From: Chiloscyllium plagiosum | Lineage: Eukaryota | Direction of reading: 5' to 3' | DNA: 52,731 nucleotides | Assembly (NCBI RefSeq): GCF_004010195.1 | Contig: NC_057720.1 | Location: 2,175,750 to 2,228,480 of the forward strand | In this document: one piece after another, positions 51,107-52,731 of the stretch | Layout: each line of letters starts with the position of its first letter | Position numbering within the stretch: the first letter of the stretch is position 1 | Position numbers and translations under genes: made by a program | Notes under the pieces: model-generated | The model's database searches: none | What the model saw: only the letters and a program-made list of their open reading frames with translations | What the model was told of the DNA's origin: nothing

Positions 51107-52493
51107 TAAAGAGCATTGGATAAATACTTCAAAAGGAAAAGAAATGCAAGGCAATAGGAGAAATGCAGGGCAAGGGACAGCTCTTTCAAAGCACCAGTAC
51201 AGGCGCGATAGGCCCAATGGTGTCCTCCTGTGGTGCATAATTCTGTGTGTAGAATCACATTAATGTCAGACCGGGAGGACACTGACAATGTAGTTGGGTT
51301 TCGTTTGTAATCTGACAGCTTGCACAGTAATTTTTTTCTTCTGTTACTAGTCCATTAATTACCAGATATTTTTGAATGAGTCCCAAAAAGTATGAGGATG
51401 TAACTTGAGCTCACACACCTCTATTCCAATTCTGAAATCACTAAGTCAACACGTGCTTAAATAATTGTACAGAAAAAGCAGCTACTGACCCAGCAGACAA
51501 CATGTGATAACTCAACATTCACAACCAGTTCTTGACAGTGTGGAATACATACTGTGCAAGTAAAATGTGTCATGAGGTACAAGGTAAAATCATTCTTGAA
51601 TAACGTGTTTTAAATTCTGAGATTATATGATAAAAGGAAATGCCACAGATATTCTAGTGGCCAAATACTTATCAGAGTAGTGTAGATTGGAATTTTGCTT
51701 CAAAGCAATTATGTGGAATCCCAAATGCAGCAGATTCTTGAGAATTATCCAGGCACTTGAAGATTCTGAAAGGCTATTCCCACGTGAAACCCTCCGACAA
51801 AACTTAGTCAAAGAATTCAGCAGATTTCACTTCTGCTCATTGCTACCCAGGAAAGTTAGTCAATTAAAAACTTAGTTTAACTCCTAACTGTTAAGCTGAC
51901 TGTTTCCATCACACCCAATCTCCAACTTGTCACTGTTGCCTTACACACCCCCAGACTTTACAGCCACCTATCAAGGATCTCCCCATAGCTCAGTCCTGAA
52001 ATCCCAGAGTTCAGAAAACAACCCTCTGTTGCTGTCCTAAACCTTCACCGGCCTGAAACCCCTTCACGATCTGACACCCCTTTCTGCTGCCATCCTGATC
52101 TCGTAATGTCCCTTTACCAAGCCCTGACACACCTATCACTACCACTAGTCTTGATATTCTTCTGCCCTCCACCCAGCCCTGTTGGTCTCAACACACATCT
52201 CGGGCACTGCCAGCCCTCACATCTTTCCCCTCTAAGGCTGAATTCATCACCTGCTCCCCCAACATAGCAAAGACATTCACCCCAACCCCCTAACCACTAA
52301 TTCCCTCCTACTGCCCCTACTCTGAGCATTCTACCCACCTCCTGACCTGGCTAACTGCCCACCTGACACCCTAACTTCTTAACCAACTGCCAACCTAACC
52401 TCACACTTACTTGACACCCTGTAATGGACATTTAAATTTCAGAACATGTTATGTTGACTGCTTTAAAAGGGTATATGGTTTGACTTCCCCCAA

Positions 52494-52731
52494 CTAGAGT
52501 CAGAGAGATGTACAGCATGGAAACAGACCCTTCGGTCCAACCCGTCCATGCCGACCAGATATCCCAACCCAATCTAGTCCCACCTGTCAGCACACGGCCC
52601 ATATCCCTCCAAACCCTTCCTATTCATATATCCATCCAAATGCCTCTTAAATGTTGCAATTGTACCAGTCTCCACTACTTCCTCTGGCAGCTCATTCCAT
52701 ACACGTACCACTCTCTGCATGAAAACGTTGC
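52494..52731 (-). mobile_element. CR1/HER1-type LINE 3' end (runs off the window)
   Basis: Near reverse complement of 43080-43300. Confidence 0.9.

Noticed and set aside
51600..52490. Possible MSH4 exon 4 or a DNA-transposon remnant
   Set aside because: No VITKLKIL-like exon was found. The C-rich low-complexity sequence could not be assigned.

Overview
This is eukaryotic, repeat-rich vertebrate DNA, most likely from a shark (inferred from the HE1-type SINE, HER1/CR1-type LINEs and Penelope-like repeats; carpet or bamboo shark is a guess). It holds two spliced genes on the + strand, in the same order as the human RABGGTB-MSH4 locus. RABGGTB (Rab geranylgeranyltransferase beta) contributes its last five coding exons (6636-20960). 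MSH4 (meiotic MutS homolog) contributes a CpG-island promoter and its first three coding exons (38122-50358). Much of the rest is decayed mobile DNA: CR1, Rex1/Babar, L1/Tx1 and other LINE fragments, tRNA-derived SINEs, a probable solo LTR, and fossil hAT-like and Harbinger-like DNA transposons. There are two N gaps (33060-33559, 38686-39311). Three observations stand out. (1) About a dozen Penelope-like (PLE) terminal repeats carry minimal hammerhead-ribozyme cores, several as TSD-flanked ~235-bp palindromic mini-elements inside introns. (2) An orphan myosin regulatory light chain (MYLPF/MYL11-like) exon with its splice donor sits in MSH4 intron 1 beside a gap. (3) The MSH4 promoter has a compact NRF1/E-box/E2F6/YY1 motif cluster. 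Homolog comparisons are from memory and repeat boundaries are approximate.
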